From: an uncultured Candidatus Pelagibacter sp.
GTDB taxonomy: Bacteria; Pseudomonadota; Alphaproteobacteria; Pelagibacterales; Pelagibacteraceae
Reading direction: 5' to 3'
Length of the DNA stretch: 42,117 nt
NCBI GenBank assembly: GCA_905612365.1
Contig: CAJQRP010000004.1
Coordinates: 1 to 42,117 of the forward strand
This document shows positions 7,906 through 21,353 of the stretch, in pieces. Within the stretch, counting starts at the first letter, position 1, and every line of letters begins with the position of its first letter. The notes beneath the pieces were generated by a model, which was not told the origin of the DNA, made no database searches, and worked only from the letters and a program-made list of their open reading frames with translations. The position numbers were made by a program, and so were the translations under genes.

Positions 7906-9861
7906 ATGAAAGTACCGATTCTTATACCAAATATTTTTAATCATCCTTTTACCTACAATTCAGATTTAAATTTAAAGGTTGGAGACTATGTGGTGGTACC
8001 CTTTGGAAAGTCAGAAGTTACTGGAGTTGTATGGGATGATTTTGAAAAAAAAACAAACAAAAATTTTGCAATTAAAAAAGTTTTAAGAAAATTAGATGTT
8101 CCACCACTAAAGAAAAATACAATTAAATTCTTAAATTGGTTTTCTGAGTACAATATGACCCCTAAAGGTATGGCATTAAAATTGTTATTATTAAGTAGTG
8201 GTGCCATAGAAAAGTTACCAATTGAAGCTTATGAGCAATTCAAAATTGACATCAAAGAAAATGAAATAAAACTTTCTAAAGAGCAAAAAGATTCATTAAA
8301 AAAAATGAATGTATTAAATCAAAAATTTAGAGTTCATGTTTTACAAGGCACTACAGGGTCTGGTAAAACGATGGTTTATTTTGAGGCTTTAAAAGAGATA
8401 ATTAATAAGGGTTTTCAGGGGTTAATTCTACTGCCAGAAATTGGATTAACAGGACAATTTCAAAATAAATTTATAGAATTTTTTGGATTCAAGCCTGCTG
8501 TGTGGCACTCAGGTATTACAAAAAAAAATAAAGAAATTATTTGGAGTGGAATAGCAAATGATAAAATTAAAGTTGTAATTGGTGCTCGATCCTCATTGTT
8601 TTTACCTTTTAAAAAACTAGGATTAATCATTGTTGATGAAGAGCATGATCAATCTTATAAACAAGATGAGAGAGTAGCTTACAATGCGAGAGACATGGCA
8701 ATTTCTAGAGCATCCTTTGAAAATATTCCAATCAATTTAATAACAGCCGTTCCCTCTATTGAAACTTATGACAATATTAAAAAAGGCAAATATAGTGTAT
8801 CAAAACTTGATCAAAGATATTTAAATGCATCTTTACCAAAATATGAAATAATTAATCTTAATAATTCAAAGTTAGAATCTCAATCTTGGATATCAAAAGA
8901 AACAATTGAGAAAGTAAAATTTCATCTTGAAAAAAAAGATCAAGTATTATTTTTTTTAAATAGAAGAGGATTTTCACCCCATGTATTGTGTAAAAAATGT
9001 TTTACTAGTTATTCATGTCCAAATTGTTCAATAAATTTGGTTTATCACAAAAACAAACAAAATTTATTATGTCACTACTGTGGATACAAAGCTTTACTAA
9101 ATAGGGACTGCTCAAAAGAAGGAAAATGTGATTTTATTTTTAGTGGGCCTGGAGTTGAAAGGATATCTGAAGAAGTAAAAAAAATTTTCCCCACCAAGGA
9201 AACAACTATATTTTCTAGTGATACAATGAATAAAAAAAGTTCAGCAGATATTTTGGAAAAAATTATAGATAATAAAATTCAAATTTTAATTGGAACTCAA
9301 TTAATTTCTAAAGGATTCCACTTTCCAAGTTTAAATTGTATTGTTGTTGTTGATATCGACTTATCATCACAAGGTCATGACTTACGAGGTGCCGAAAAGA
9401 ATTTACAGTTATATCACCAACTTTCAGGTAGAGCAGGAAGAACAGGAAAGCCAGCAACTGTTTATTTTCAAACTTATAATTTAGATACCAAAATGATAAC
9501 AGACATTACAAATAAAGATCCTGATATTTTTTTAGATAAAGAACTTGAAATTAGAAGGGAAAATAATCTTCCACCGTTTCAGAGATTTATTGCTTTAATA
9601 ATTACTGGCAGCAATGAAAGAGAACTTGAAAAAGAGGCTTATAAGTTTAAAGTTTTTATAGAAAGTGCTGTCGAAGGGAGAGTTCTTGGCCCTGTGAATG
9701 CACCTATATTTAGATTAAAAAGAAAGTTCAGAGTAAGACTTTTGATCAGAGGTAGAAAATCTCTAAAAGTACAGAATTCACTAGCCAAAATCATTGAAAA
9801 ATTCAAATTTCCTACTGGAATGAAACTAACAGTTGATGTTGATCCAATAAACTTCAATTAA
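7906..9861 (+). CDS. priA: Primosomal protein N' (replication restart helicase)
   Basis: GTTGSGKT Walker A, DEEHD, Cys-rich CKKC/CPNC/CHYC, QLSGRAGR, C-terminal VDVDPINF. Confidence 0.96.
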   Translation: MKVPILIPNIFNHPFTYNSDLNLKVGDYVVVPFGKSEVTGVVWDDFEKKTNKNFAIKKVLRKLDVPPLKKNTIKFLNWFSEYNMTPKGMALKLLLLSSGAIEKLPIEAYEQFKIDIKENEIKLSKEQKDSLKKMNVLNQKFRVHVLQGTTGSGKTMVYFEALKEIINKGFQGLILLPEIGLTGQFQNKFIEFFGFKPAVWHSGITKKNKEIIWSGIANDKIKVVIGARSSLFLPFKKLGLIIVDEEHDQSYKQDERVAYNARDMAISRASFENIPINLITAVPSIETYDNIKKGKYSVSKLDQRYLNASLPKYEIINLNNSKLESQSWISKETIEKVKFHLEKKDQVLFFLNRRGFSPHVLCKKCFTSYSCPNCSINLVYHKNKQNLLCHYCGYKALLNRDCSKEGKCDFIFSGPGVERISEEVKKIFPTKETTIFSSDTMNKKSSADILEKIIDNKIQILIGTQLISKGFHFPSLNCIVVVDIDLSSQGHDLRGAEKNLQLYHQLSGRAGRTGKPATVYFQTYNLDTKMITDITNKDPDIFLDKELEIRRENNLPPFQRFIALIITGSNERELEKEAYKFKVFIESAVEGRVLGPVNAPIFRLKRKFRVRLLIRGRKSLKVQNSLAKIIEKFKFPTGMKLTVDVDPINFN

Positions 9862-9971
9862 CGGTCAAAAAATAACACTTTTAGACAATGTGTGACTTGA
9901 AGAGAATAGGGTCATATGTTAATTAAAACGGAAATTTAATAAATCTTCAAATATTTATAAGGAACAATAAA

Positions 9972-10529
9972 TTGAGTAAAAATAAAGGTTTTTCCGAAAC
10001 ATCAGCAGGCAGGTATTCCCTGGCACTTTATGAATTAGCAATAGAAGCTAATAATTTAAGTGAGATCGAGATTCATTCTGCCTCAATTATTAATTTAATT
10101 GTTTCAAGTGAAGATTTTAAATCTTTAATTAAAGATCCAACAAATAATAAAGAAGACCAATTGAATGCTCTAAGCAAAATTTCAGAACAATATAAATTAA
10201 ATGAATTATTAACAAAATTTTTAAGTTTCTTAATATCTAAAAGAAGATTCTTTTACGTGGATAAAATTCTAAAAAGCTTTGTTGAGACATGTTCAATCAA
10301 AAGAGGTGAATTAAAAGCAGAATTAACTTCTGCAAAAGATCTTACTGAAAATGAGATTAACAACATAAAAGAAGAATTGACTAAAAACTTTAGTTCAAAA
10401 ATAAAATTAAACTACAAACACGATGCAAGTTTAATTGGGGGTTTGATTGTGCAAGTCGGAAGCACAATGGTGGACACTTCCATTAAAAATAAATTACAAC
10501 AAATCGAAAATAGGATGATAGAGGCATAA
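9972..10529 (+). CDS. atpH: F1 ATP synthase delta subunit (TTG start)
   Basis: RYSLALYEL, SLIGGLIVQVGSTMVDTS; AAGGA SD-like sequence upstream. Confidence 0.95.
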   Translation: MSKNKGFSETSAGRYSLALYELAIEANNLSEIEIHSASIINLIVSSEDFKSLIKDPTNNKEDQLNALSKISEQYKLNELLTKFLSFLISKRRFFYVDKILKSFVETCSIKRGELKAELTSAKDLTENEINNIKEELTKNFSSKIKLNYKHDASLIGGLIVQVGSTMVDTSIKNKLQQIENRMIEA

Positions 10530-12065
10530 ATGGATATAAACCCATCAGAAGTAACAAAGATATTAAAAGAACAAATTAAAAAATTTGGTGATAAAGCAGA
10601 AGTAACTGAAGTTGGTCAAGTTTTATCAGTTGGAGACGGTATTGCTAGAGTATATGGACTAGATAATGTTCAAGCTGGTGAGATGGTAGAATTTTCTGAT
10701 GGATCAAAAGGAATGGCTCTAAACTTAGAAAGTGAAAATGTTGGAGTTGTTATTTTTGGAGATGATAGAAAAATTAAAGAAGGTGATGTTGTTAAAAGAA
10801 CAGGAAGTATTGTTGATACACCAGTTGGAAAAGAATTATTAGGAAGAGTTGTTGATGGATTGGGAAATCCAATTGATGGTAAAGGAGCTCTTGATAAAGC
10901 AACAAAAAGAAGCAGAGTTGAAGTAAAAGCTCCTGGAATCATTCCAAGACAATCTGTTAGTGAACCAATGCAAACAGGCTTAAAATCAATTGATAGTTTA
11001 GTACCTGTTGGAAGAGGACAGCGTGAATTAATTATTGGTGACAGGCAAACAGGAAAAACTGCGGTTGCTATTGATGCAATCATTAACCAGAAAAAAATAA
11101 ATGAATCTGGAGATGAGAAGCAAAAACTTTACTGTATTTACGTAGCCATAGGTCAAAAAAGATCTACAGTTAGACAAATTCAAAAAACCCTAGAAGAAGC
11201 TGGTGCAATGGAATACACAACAATTGTAGCTGCTACTGCTTCAGACGCAGCGCCACTTCAGTTTTTAGCACCATATACAGGCTGTACTATGGGTGAATAC
11301 TATAGAGATAACGGTATGCATGCATTAATCATTTATGATGATTTATCTAAACAGGCTGTAGCTTATAGACAAATGTCACTTTTATTAAGAAGACCTCCAG
11401 GAAGAGAAGCTTATCCGGGAGATGTATTTTATTTACACAGTAGGTTACTTGAGAGAGCAGCCAAGCTTAGTGATGAGCATGGTGGAGGTTCATTAACCGC
11501 TCTTCCTATAATTGAAACGCAAGGTGGAGACGTATCTGCTTTTATTCCCACTAATGTTATTTCAATTACAGATGGTCAAATATTTCTTGAAACAGAATTA
11601 TTTAACCAAGGAATTAGACCAGCGATTAATGTAGGTTTATCAGTTTCTAGAGTTGGATCTGCAGCACAAACAAAAGCAATGAAAAAAGTTTCTGGTTCAA
11701 TGAAACTTGAGCTTGCTCAATATAGAGAAATGGCAGCCTTTGCACAATTTGGATCTGATTTAGATGCATCAACTCAAAAACTTTTAAATAGAGGTTCAAA
11801 ATTAACTGAACTTTTAAAACAAAAACAATATTCTCCAATGACAGTTGCTGAACAAGTAATTTCAGTTTTTTGTGGAGTTAAAGGTTATTTAGATGATGTA
11901 GAGCTTAAAGATATTGCTGAGTTTGAATCTAAAATTATTGAAAAATGCAAATCTGAAAAACCAGAAATTTTAGAATCTGTTTTAAGCTCAGGTAAGCTTG
12001 AAGAAGATACTGAAAAATTATTGGTTGAAGTAATAATGGAGCTTAAGAAAAACTTTAATTCATAA
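10530..12065 (+). CDS. atpA: F1 ATP synthase alpha subunit
   Basis: [32 protein letters not shown]. Confidence 0.99.
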   Translation: MDINPSEVTKILKEQIKKFGDKAEVTEVGQVLSVGDGIARVYGLDNVQAGEMVEFSDGSKGMALNLESENVGVVIFGDDRKIKEGDVVKRTGSIVDTPVGKELLGRVVDGLGNPIDGKGALDKATKRSRVEVKAPGIIPRQSVSEPMQTGLKSIDSLVPVGRGQRELIIGDRQTGKTAVAIDAIINQKKINESGDEKQKLYCIYVAIGQKRSTVRQIQKTLEEAGAMEYTTIVAATASDAAPLQFLAPYTGCTMGEYYRDNGMHALIIYDDLSKQAVAYRQMSLLLRRPPGREAYPGDVFYLHSRLLERAAKLSDEHGGGSLTALPIIETQGGDVSAFIPTNVISITDGQIFLETELFNQGIRPAINVGLSVSRVGSAAQTKAMKKVSGSMKLELAQYREMAAFAQFGSDLDASTQKLLNRGSKLTELLKQKQYSPMTVAEQVISVFCGVKGYLDDVELKDIAEFESKIIEKCKSEKPEILESVLSSGKLEEDTEKLLVEVIMELKKNFNS

Positions 12066-12068
12066 TAT

Positions 12069-14364
<2,296 letters not shown>

Positions 14365-14365
<1 letters not shown>

Positions 14366-14757
14366 TGAGTGAAGAGTTTAAGATAGAAATAGTAAACCCT
14401 GAGAAATCTTTTCTTTCAAAAGAAGATGTAACTGAAGTTGTTGTACCTGCTTTTGAAGGGGAAATGGGGATTTTAAAAGACCATATCTCAATTATTTCAT
14501 TCCTAAAGCCAGGTATTATTAAAATTTTTTCTAAGTCTGGAGAGGAACATTATTATGTTGAAGATGGAATCGTTGAATTTAAGAATAATAATTTATCAGT
14601 GCTAACAAGCTCAATTTTTGATATCAAAGATTTTGATAAAGATAAAATTAGTGAACTACTAACACAAGCAGAAGAGTATTCAAAAAATAGTGAAATTACA
14701 GATCAAAATAAATATTTAGTGGATCAAAAAATTGATGTGCTAAAAACTCTTAACTAA
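14365..14757 (+). CDS. atpC: F1 ATP synthase epsilon subunit
   Basis: EIVNPE...VPAFEGEMGILKDH; last gene of atpHAGDC, TAATG overlap with atpD. Confidence 0.93.
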
Positions 14758-15226
14758 GAATCTCTTTAACTTTTTTTTTAACATCCTCATATACGTGTAA
14801 TTTAAAGTCTACAACTAGGTCAGTAATCTTTTCAAGGTCAATCCACTTCCACTCACAGAACTCAGGATTTTTAGTTTTAATATTAATTTCACTATCTTGT
14901 CCTAAAAATCTCATTACAAACCATTTTTGTTCTTGACCTCTATACTTGCCTTTCCATATCACACCTAGTAAATTTTTAGGTAGCTCGTAAGAGATTAAAC
15001 CATCAAGTTCCTTTATTAAGTCAATATTCTTTATACTGGTTTCCTCTTCTAATTCTCTATAGGCAGCAGTTAGGTAATTTTCTCCTTCATCAACGCCACC
15101 TTGAGGCATCTGCCAGAAATTTTTTTGATTATCTATTCTTTGGGCAACAAAGATTTTATTATCTTTATTTAAAACAACAATTCCAACTCCACTTCTAAGA
15201 GGCAGGTTTGTATTATTGTTTGTCAT
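14750..15226 (-). CDS. rppH: RNA pyrophosphohydrolase (Nudix)
   Basis: WQMPQGGVDEGE...AAYRELEEETS Nudix box, YRGQEQKWF. Confidence 0.92.
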   Translation of the reverse strand: MTNNNTNLPLRSGVGIVVLNKDNKIFVAQRIDNQKNFWQMPQGGVDEGENYLTAAYRELEEETSIKNIDLIKELDGLISYELPKNLLGVIWKGKYRGQEQKWFVMRFLGQDSEINIKTKNPEFCEWKWIDLEKITDLVVDFKLHVYEDVKKKVKEILS

Positions 15227-16357
15227 TTATCCGTTGAGTAATTTTATTGCAAAGTTTAATTGATTATCTGTCTCAGAATTAAATTTAAAGTCTTCTGAAC
15301 TTTCTACTACTTCTATATCAGGTGTTACTCCAACTTTTGAAATAGATTTTCCTGAAGGGAGATAATATTTTGCAATTGTTAGTCTAATAGCTCCTCTATT
15401 CTTAAGTGGGATTATTGATTGTACAGAGCCTTTTCCATAACTATTCTCACCAACTAAAATTGCTCTTTTATGATCTTTTAATGCACCAGCTACTATTTCT
15501 GAAGCTGATGCTGACCCATAGTTAATAAGTATAATTAGCGTTTTACCATTTGTTAAATCACCCTTTTTAGCAAACCATTTTCGGTTTTCCGAGGCTTGTC
15601 GGCTTTTTGTTGATACGATTTCACCATTCTCTAGAAAAAAGTCAGATATTTTAATAGCCTGAGAAAGTAAACCGCCAGGATTATTTCTTAAATCTAAAAT
15701 ATATCCTTTTAAGTTTTTATTTTTATTTAGTTTTTTAACTTTTTCTTTAATTTGATCACTGCTATTTTCATTAAAAGAAGTTAACCTAATGTAACCAATG
15801 TTATTATCAATAAGTTCAGATTTAACTGATTGAACTTGAATAATTTCTCTCGTTATATTAAAGATTAGTGCTTTTTTAACACCTCGTCTTCTAACAGTTA
15901 TTTCAATACTAGACCCAACAAGTCCTCTCATTAAATCAACGGCATCCATTAATGATTTACCTTGCACCTGGACACCATCAATTTTTACAATATAATCTCC
16001 TGCTTTTAACCCTGCTTTTGAAGCTGGAGTATTATCAATAGGAGTGATTACTTTTACCACACCTGATTCCATGCCAACCTCAATCCCAAGACCACCAAAC
16101 TTACCACTTGTTTCAGTTTGCATACCCTCAAAACTTTCAGGTGTCATATATGCAGAATAAGGATCTAAAGATTGTAGTAGTCCATTTATTGCAGCATCCA
16201 TACTTTTTGATTGGTCTACTTCATCAACATATTCTTTGCTAATTTTTTCAAGCACCTCACCAAATAGGTCTATTTTTTTATAAATATCAGTATTTTCAGA
16301 AAAACTTTTTTCGAAAAAAAATACAGATACGATAATAAAAAATATTTTTTTTTTCAT
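15227..16357 (-). CDS. ctpA: Carboxyl-terminal processing protease, S41 family
   Basis: LDPYSAY, PDZ GGLGIEV, DLRNNPGG, SASASEI, SYGKGSVQ. Start moved to MKKKIFFII (signal-like) just after the rsfS stop. Confidence 0.93.
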   Translation of the reverse strand: MKKKIFFIIVSVFFFEKSFSENTDIYKKIDLFGEVLEKISKEYVDEVDQSKSMDAAINGLLQSLDPYSAYMTPESFEGMQTETSGKFGGLGIEVGMESGVVKVITPIDNTPASKAGLKAGDYIVKIDGVQVQGKSLMDAVDLMRGLVGSSIEITVRRRGVKKALIFNITREIIQVQSVKSELIDNNIGYIRLTSFNENSSDQIKEKVKKLNKNKNLKGYILDLRNNPGGLLSQAIKISDFFLENGEIVSTKSRQASENRKWFAKKGDLTNGKTLIILINYGSASASEIVAGALKDHKRAILVGENSYGKGSVQSIIPLKNRGAIRLTIAKYYLPSGKSISKVGVTPDIEVVESSEDFKFNSETDNQLNFAIKLLNG

Positions 16358-16362
16358 ATAAT

Positions 16363-16713
16363 TTATATCATTACTTTTTCTTTGGGAATTAGTTCTGACC
16401 ATATTTTTTCAAGCTCATAAAATTTTCTTTTATCAGGATTAAAGATATGAACGATCAAATCAATGCCATCAACTAATTTCCAGTCTAAACTTTCTTTTCC
16501 TTCTATCTTAGAATTTTTAACTCCATTAGTTTTTAGTTTTTCTAGGACTTGCTCAGATAAAGCTTGAATATGTCTTGAAGAAGTTCCGCTTGCTATGATC
16601 ATGTAGTCTGCCATGGAACTTTTATTTTTAAGGTCGATAGAAATTATATCTAAAGCTTTATTGGAATCCAGAGTATCTAATATGATGCTTTTGAGATCTT
16701 TATTTTTATGCAT
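16363..16713 (-). CDS. rsfS: Ribosome silencing factor (Iojap family)
   Basis: KALDI, DYMIIASGTSSRH, WKLVD, RKFYELEKIW; follows nadD. Confidence 0.94.
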   Translation of the reverse strand: MHKNKDLKSIILDTLDSNKALDIISIDLKNKSSMADYMIIASGTSSRHIQALSEQVLEKLKTNGVKNSKIEGKESLDWKLVDGIDLIVHIFNPDKRKFYELEKIWSELIPKEKVMI

Positions 16714-16729
16714 TAATTTAAAAACCTTA

Positions 16730-17272
16730 TCAAACTTTTCTTAATTGAGAAGATGAAATATTGACTTTTTTAAAATTGATAAATGTCAGCTTTTTTTTAT
16801 TTGTCCCACTAAATGTTACTGACTTTAAAGATTTGGCCTTGTAGCCTTGACGATCAAATACAAGAATACTGCACTCATTTATAATAGACTTCCATTTATA
16901 CCACTTATGAAAATTAATAAGGTTGTCAGCACCCATAATGAAATATATTTCAAATTTTTTGTCTTTATTTAAATATTTAATTAAATCAATCGTTCTATTG
17001 GATGCTATTTTATCTTCATAAAATTTCACTTTAATAAAATTATTCTTATCTATTAATTTTTTGGCAAACTGTGTTCTACTTCTTAAATTAGAGCTACTTT
17101 CTTCTTTAAATGGATTTTGTTTTGTAATCGCCCAAATAATATTCTTTAGTTCAAATCTTTTTTTAGCTTGTAAAGATATTTCTAAATGTCCTTTATGAGC
17201 TGGATCAAAGGTGCCTCCCAAAATACCAATTCTGATTTTTTGTGATTTCAATTTATTCTCTAGTCTGACCAT
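16730..17272 (-). CDS. nadD: Nicotinate-nucleotide adenylyltransferase
   Basis: GGTFDPAHKGH, FIMGADNL, ISSSQLR. Start uncertain (ATG 17272 or TTG 17251). Confidence 0.92.
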   Translation of the reverse strand: MVRLENKLKSQKIRIGILGGTFDPAHKGHLEISLQAKKRFELKNIIWAITKQNPFKEESSSNLRSRTQFAKKLIDKNNFIKVKFYEDKIASNRTIDLIKYLNKDKKFEIYFIMGADNLINFHKWYKWKSIINECSILVFDRQGYKAKSLKSVTFSGTNKKKLTFINFKKVNISSSQLRKV

Positions 17273-18503
17273 TACTAACAACTTCATATTTATAAGAAAT
17301 AAGCTGACCTAAACCCACAGGCCCTCTTGGTGGAAGTGTGTTTGTTGAAATGCCCACTTCTCCACCGAACCCAAACTCCCCACCATCAGCAAACTGGGTT
17401 GATGTGTTATGCATTGCTATTGAACTTTTAACGTTTTTTAAAAATTTTTCTGCAGTCTTTTTATTTTTAGTAATTATAGAATCTGTATGCATAGTTCCGT
17501 ATTTGTTAATATGCTTGATTGCTTCATCACAGCTTTTTACAGTCTTTACAGATACTGTTGCTGCTAAGTATTCTGTAGACCAATCCTTTTCTTTTGCAGG
17601 AAAAATTTTACCCTCATAATGTTTACTTAAAAAATGATCTCCATATATTTTGCAGTTACTTTCTTCAAGTTTTTTTAAAATAGGATTGCAAAATTTTTTA
17701 ACAATTTTTTCATGAAGTAAAATTGTTTCAGTAGCACCACAAATACTGGTATTTCTTAATTTAGCATTATAAATTATATTTATAGCCATTTTCAGTTCTG
17801 CATCCTTATCAACAAAAGTGTGGCATAGACCTTCTAAATGTCCAATGATGGGTACAGTTGAAAACTCCTGAACTCTTTTTACTAAATTTTTACCTCCACG
17901 TGGTATGATCACATCAATATAGTCTTTCATTTTTGAAAGCATAAAATCAACCATTTTTCTATCTTTAGAATCTATAAATTGAATAAAATTTTCATTAACT
18001 TCATTTTCCTTGAGCGCCTTTCGAAATAACTTAGCTAAAATTTTATTAGTATTTATTGCTTCTGACCCACCTTTTAAAATTACAGCATTTCCAGATTTAA
18101 AACATAAGCTAGCAACATCTGCAGTAACATTGGGTCTACTTTCATATATAACTCCAATAACCCCAATAGGTATAGATACTCTTTTAATTTTTAAACCGTT
18201 AGGTCTACTCCATTTTTCAAGAGTATTATCAACAGGATCTTTTAATTTAGTAATTTTATTTATTGAATTTTTTATGTTGTCTAATTCTTTATGGCCAATG
18301 GTCAGTCTATCAATTAAATTATTCTTTAATCCCTTTTTTTGAGAAAACTTTATATCTTTCATATTCTCTTTAATTATAGAGTTTCTCTCTTTATCTAGTA
18401 ATAGCCCATATCTTTTTAAAATTTTATTTTTTAGTGTGGAATTAATCTTTTCAAGTGATGCTTTTTTAGCATTTTTCCCTATTAAGTGCATATATCGGCT
18501 CAT
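17253..18503 (-). CDS. proA: Gamma-glutamyl phosphate reductase
   Basis: IYESRPNVT, IIPRGG, ICGATE, FADGGEFGFGGEVGIST. Confidence 0.97.
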   Translation of the reverse strand: MSRYMHLIGKNAKKASLEKINSTLKNKILKRYGLLLDKERNSIIKENMKDIKFSQKKGLKNNLIDRLTIGHKELDNIKNSINKITKLKDPVDNTLEKWSRPNGLKIKRVSIPIGVIGVIYESRPNVTADVASLCFKSGNAVILKGGSEAINTNKILAKLFRKALKENEVNENFIQFIDSKDRKMVDFMLSKMKDYIDVIIPRGGKNLVKRVQEFSTVPIIGHLEGLCHTFVDKDAELKMAINIIYNAKLRNTSICGATETILLHEKIVKKFCNPILKKLEESNCKIYGDHFLSKHYEGKIFPAKEKDWSTEYLAATVSVKTVKSCDEAIKHINKYGTMHTDSIITKNKKTAEKFLKNVKSSIAMHNTSTQFADGGEFGFGGEVGISTNTLPPRGPVGLGQLISYKYEVVSNGQTRE

Positions 18504-18504
18504 T

Positions 18505-19611
18505 TTATACCTCTACCATATCATCTTTATGTATAACCTCAGACTTAGCAATATATCCTAATATTTTGTTAATCTCTTTAGAATGGTGCCCCATAATTCT
18601 TAATATTTCATCAGATGAGAATGAACTTAAGCCTCTAGCACATTCGTAATTTTTCTTGTTTAAAACCTTTATGTGATCACCTTTTTTAAACTTACCAGAT
18701 ACTTTTATAATGCCAGCTGCTAACAAACTCTTACCATTCGAAAGTGCTTGCGTGGCACCATCATCAATAACAATTTCTCCTTTGGGCGAAATTGAACTAA
18801 TAATCCATTTTTTTCTAGCATCTAATTTGGTAATTTTGGGTAAAAACCAAGTACAGTTATTATCTTTAATTATTTTTGTGATAGGTCTCATTAAAAGACC
18901 ATTGGCTATTACCATTTGACATCCTGATAGTTGACAGATTTTTGCTGCATCAATTTTAGTTTTCATTCCACCCGTTCCATGTTCACCAATACTTTTGGTA
19001 GCAATTTTTTCTATATCCTTATCTATATTTTTTATCTCTTTTATTAATTTTGCATTTTTGTAAATTTTTGGGTTTTGAGTGTAAAGACCATCAACATCAG
19101 AAAGAAGTATTAGCGAGTCAGCGCCAGATATTTGTGCAACTCTAGAAGCTAATCTATCGTTATCACCGTATTTGATTTCTGTAGTTGCTATAGTGTCATT
19201 TTCATTAACAATAGGTACAAAACCTAATTGAAATAAATTATCAATCGTTCTCTTGGCATTTAAGGCTCTTCTTCTTTGTTCGGTATCTTCTAGTGTAAGT
19301 AAAATCTGAGATATATTAATTTTTTGTTTAACAAATATTTCTGAAAATAAATTCATAAGTTCAATTTGTCCAATTGATGCTACAGCTTGACTTTTATCAA
19401 TCTTAAGATTTTTTTTACTCAAGTTCAGTTTTTTACAGCCCATAGCAATAGCACCTGAGCTAACAATGATAATTTTTTTATTTTTTTTAATTAGTTCTCG
19501 AATATCTTTGGAAAATTCTAAAAGCCATTTTTTTCTAACTTTTTGATTATCATCTATTAATAAGGATGAGCCAATTTTGATTACAATTATTTTAGAATTC
19601 TTAAGATACAT
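18505..19611 (-). CDS. proB: Glutamate 5-kinase
   Basis: VIKIGSS, NENDT, GDNDRL, GTGGMKTK, C-terminal PUA domain. Confidence 0.97.
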   Translation of the reverse strand: MYLKNSKIIVIKIGSSLLIDDNQKVRKKWLLEFSKDIRELIKKNKKIIIVSSGAIAMGCKKLNLSKKNLKIDKSQAVASIGQIELMNLFSEIFVKQKINISQILLTLEDTEQRRRALNAKRTIDNLFQLGFVPIVNENDTIATTEIKYGDNDRLASRVAQISGADSLILLSDVDGLYTQNPKIYKNAKLIKEIKNIDKDIEKIATKSIGEHGTGGMKTKIDAAKICQLSGCQMVIANGLLMRPITKIIKDNNCTWFLPKITKLDARKKWIISSISPKGEIVIDDGATQALSNGKSLLAAGIIKVSGKFKKGDHIKVLNKKNYECARGLSSFSSDEILRIMGHHSKEINKILGYIAKSEVIHKDDMVEV

Positions 19612-20584
19612 ACGCTAGCAATTTAGCTTTAACTTTTGATATTGATCCTTTGTCTAATGTTGAAAGTGTTATTACCTCAGAATCTTTATCTTTAGAAAAA
19701 TTTTTCACAATTTCATCCACTTCCTCTTCATCTAATAAATCTATTTTATTTAATACAATTATTTCTTTTTTTTCAAGGATCTCTTTACTGTAACTACCAA
19801 GCTCTTTTTTAACTTGTTGATATGCATTTTCAATATTTTCATCAGTAATATCTATTAAATGCATTAAAGTTTTGCATCTTTCTATGTGTTTTAAGAATTG
19901 AATTCCAAGACCCACGCCTTCATGTGCTCCTTCAACCAAACCAGGAATATCAGCTAAAGTTATTTCTTTATCATCATAAGTTGCAACGCCAAGGTTTGGA
20001 TTTAAAGTTGTAAACTTATAATTTGCTATCTTAGGTGTGGCATTCGTAATAGATGCTAATAAGCTAGACTTACCTGCGTTGGGTAAACCCACAATACCAA
20101 CATCAGCAATAGTTTTTAGTTGAAGCCAAATTACATATTCTTCACCTGTAGCACCTTTTGTAAATTTTTTTGGAGCTCTATTTGTGGAGCTTTTAAATCT
20201 AGTATTCCCAAGACCACCTTTACCACCTTTGGCTACAATAAATTCTTCACCTTCTTTTTTAAAATCATAGATTAAAGTTTTATTATCTTCTTCAAAAACC
20301 TGTGTACCTACTGGAACCTTTAAAAATAAATCATCTCCTCCATGACCAGTACGATTTTGTCCAGAACCATTTACACCTCTTCCAGCTTTGTGATGTTGTT
20401 GAAATCTATAATCAATAAGAGTATTTAAATTTCTTTCTGATCTTAGGAATATGGTACCACCTTTACCACCATCTCCACCATCAGGTCCGCCGTACTCAAT
20501 AAATTTTTCTCTACGAAAACTAGGAGATCCATGCCCGCCACTGCCAGCCTTTACATAAATTTTTACTTGATCTAGAAATTTCAT
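19601..20584 (-). CDS. obgE: GTPase Obg/CgtA
   Basis: FRREKFIEYGGPDGGDGGKGG, GLPNAGKS, DIPG, NKID. Confidence 0.98.
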   Translation of the reverse strand: MKFLDQVKIYVKAGSGGHGSPSFRREKFIEYGGPDGGDGGKGGTIFLRSERNLNTLIDYRFQQHHKAGRGVNGSGQNRTGHGGDDLFLKVPVGTQVFEEDNKTLIYDFKKEGEEFIVAKGGKGGLGNTRFKSSTNRAPKKFTKGATGEEYVIWLQLKTIADVGIVGLPNAGKSSLLASITNATPKIANYKFTTLNPNLGVATYDDKEITLADIPGLVEGAHEGVGLGIQFLKHIERCKTLMHLIDITDENIENAYQQVKKELGSYSKEILEKKEIIVLNKIDLLDEEEVDEIVKNFSKDKDSEVITLSTLDKGSISKVKAKLLAYVS

Positions 20585-20613
20585 AATACAACTGTTAGTT
20601 TTTAGTTGTACTA

Positions 20614-20868
20614 CTAATTGGGTTTTACTGAAACGAATGTTCTGTCTAATCTACCTTTTTTAAATACTACTTTTCCTTCAACAACAGAAAAAATTGAATG
20701 ATCTTTACCCATTCCCACGTTTTCACCAGGAAAAATTTTAGTCCCTCTTTGTCTGACGATTATGTTGCCAGGAATTACTACTTCACCACCGTACTTTTTA
20801 ACACCAAGTCTTCGACCAGCACTATCTCGTCCGTTTCTCGATGATCCACCTGCTTTTTTTGTAGCCAT
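20614..20868 (-). CDS. rpmA: 50S ribosomal protein bL27
   Basis: [16 protein letters not shown]...RQRGT. Confidence 0.99.
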   Translation of the reverse strand: MATKKAGGSSRNGRDSAGRRLGVKKYGGEVVIPGNIIVRQRGTKIFPGENVGMGKDHSIFSVVEGKVVFKKGRLDRTFVSVKPN

Positions 20869-20871
20869 AAT

Positions 20872-21288
20872 TTATTTACTTGCTGTTTCTGCTTCTACTT
20901 TAGCTTCCACTTTTTCAATTTTTTTAGTTGGTTTAACCATTTTTTCGGCTTCAGCTAAAACTTTTCCATCTTTTGAAAAAATTTTACTAATTCTTATTAA
21001 TGAATATTGTTGTCTATGACCATTTTTTCTTCTTGAATTTTGTCTTCTTCTTTTCTTGAAGATTAGTATTGTTCTATTTTTACCATTTTCAACAAGGTCA
21101 GCTTCAACTTTTGCACCTTCAACGGTTGGTGACCCAACTTCAATATTTTTATCATCTCCATAAGCCAGAATTTCTTTAAATTCTATCTTAGTTTCAGTTT
21201 TAGAGTCTTCTAATCTTTCGATTTTAAGTATTTCTCCAGCCTTTACTTTGTACTGTTTTCCACCTGTTTGTATGATTGCGTATGACAT
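20872..21288 (-). CDS. rplU: 50S ribosomal protein bL21 with C-terminal extension
   Basis: [30 protein letters not shown]. Confidence 0.98.
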   Translation of the reverse strand: MSYAIIQTGGKQYKVKAGEILKIERLEDSKTETKIEFKEILAYGDDKNIEVGSPTVEGAKVEADLVENGKNRTILIFKKRRRQNSRRKNGHRQQYSLIRISKIFSKDGKVLAEAEKMVKPTKKIEKVEAKVEAETASK

Positions 21289-21315
21289 TGTTTAATCTGT
21301 TTTTTATAAGCAGCA

Positions 21316-21343
21316 ATATAGTCTCGAGCCTATTATAGTCAAG
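21316..21343 (-). promoter_or_regulatory. Probable housekeeping promoter of rplU-rpmA-obgE
   Basis: Minus strand CTTGAC-N16-CTATAT, close to the alphaproteobacterial sigma70 consensus. Confidence 0.55.
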
Positions 21344-21353
21344 TCCGAATAAG

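Noticed and set aside
9109-9129. Fourth PriA Cys pair spaced CSKEGKC instead of CxxC, and a short PriA overall
   Set aside because: All eight Cys ligands are present and the frame is intact; probably a lineage trait.
16345-16354. A10 run at the start of ctpA as a phase-variable tract
   Set aside because: The frame is intact (MKKKI), and long A/T runs are ubiquitous in this genome.
19601-20584. Short Obg lacking a C-terminal domain
   Set aside because: The Obg C-terminus is highly variable, and the stop overlaps the proB start normally.
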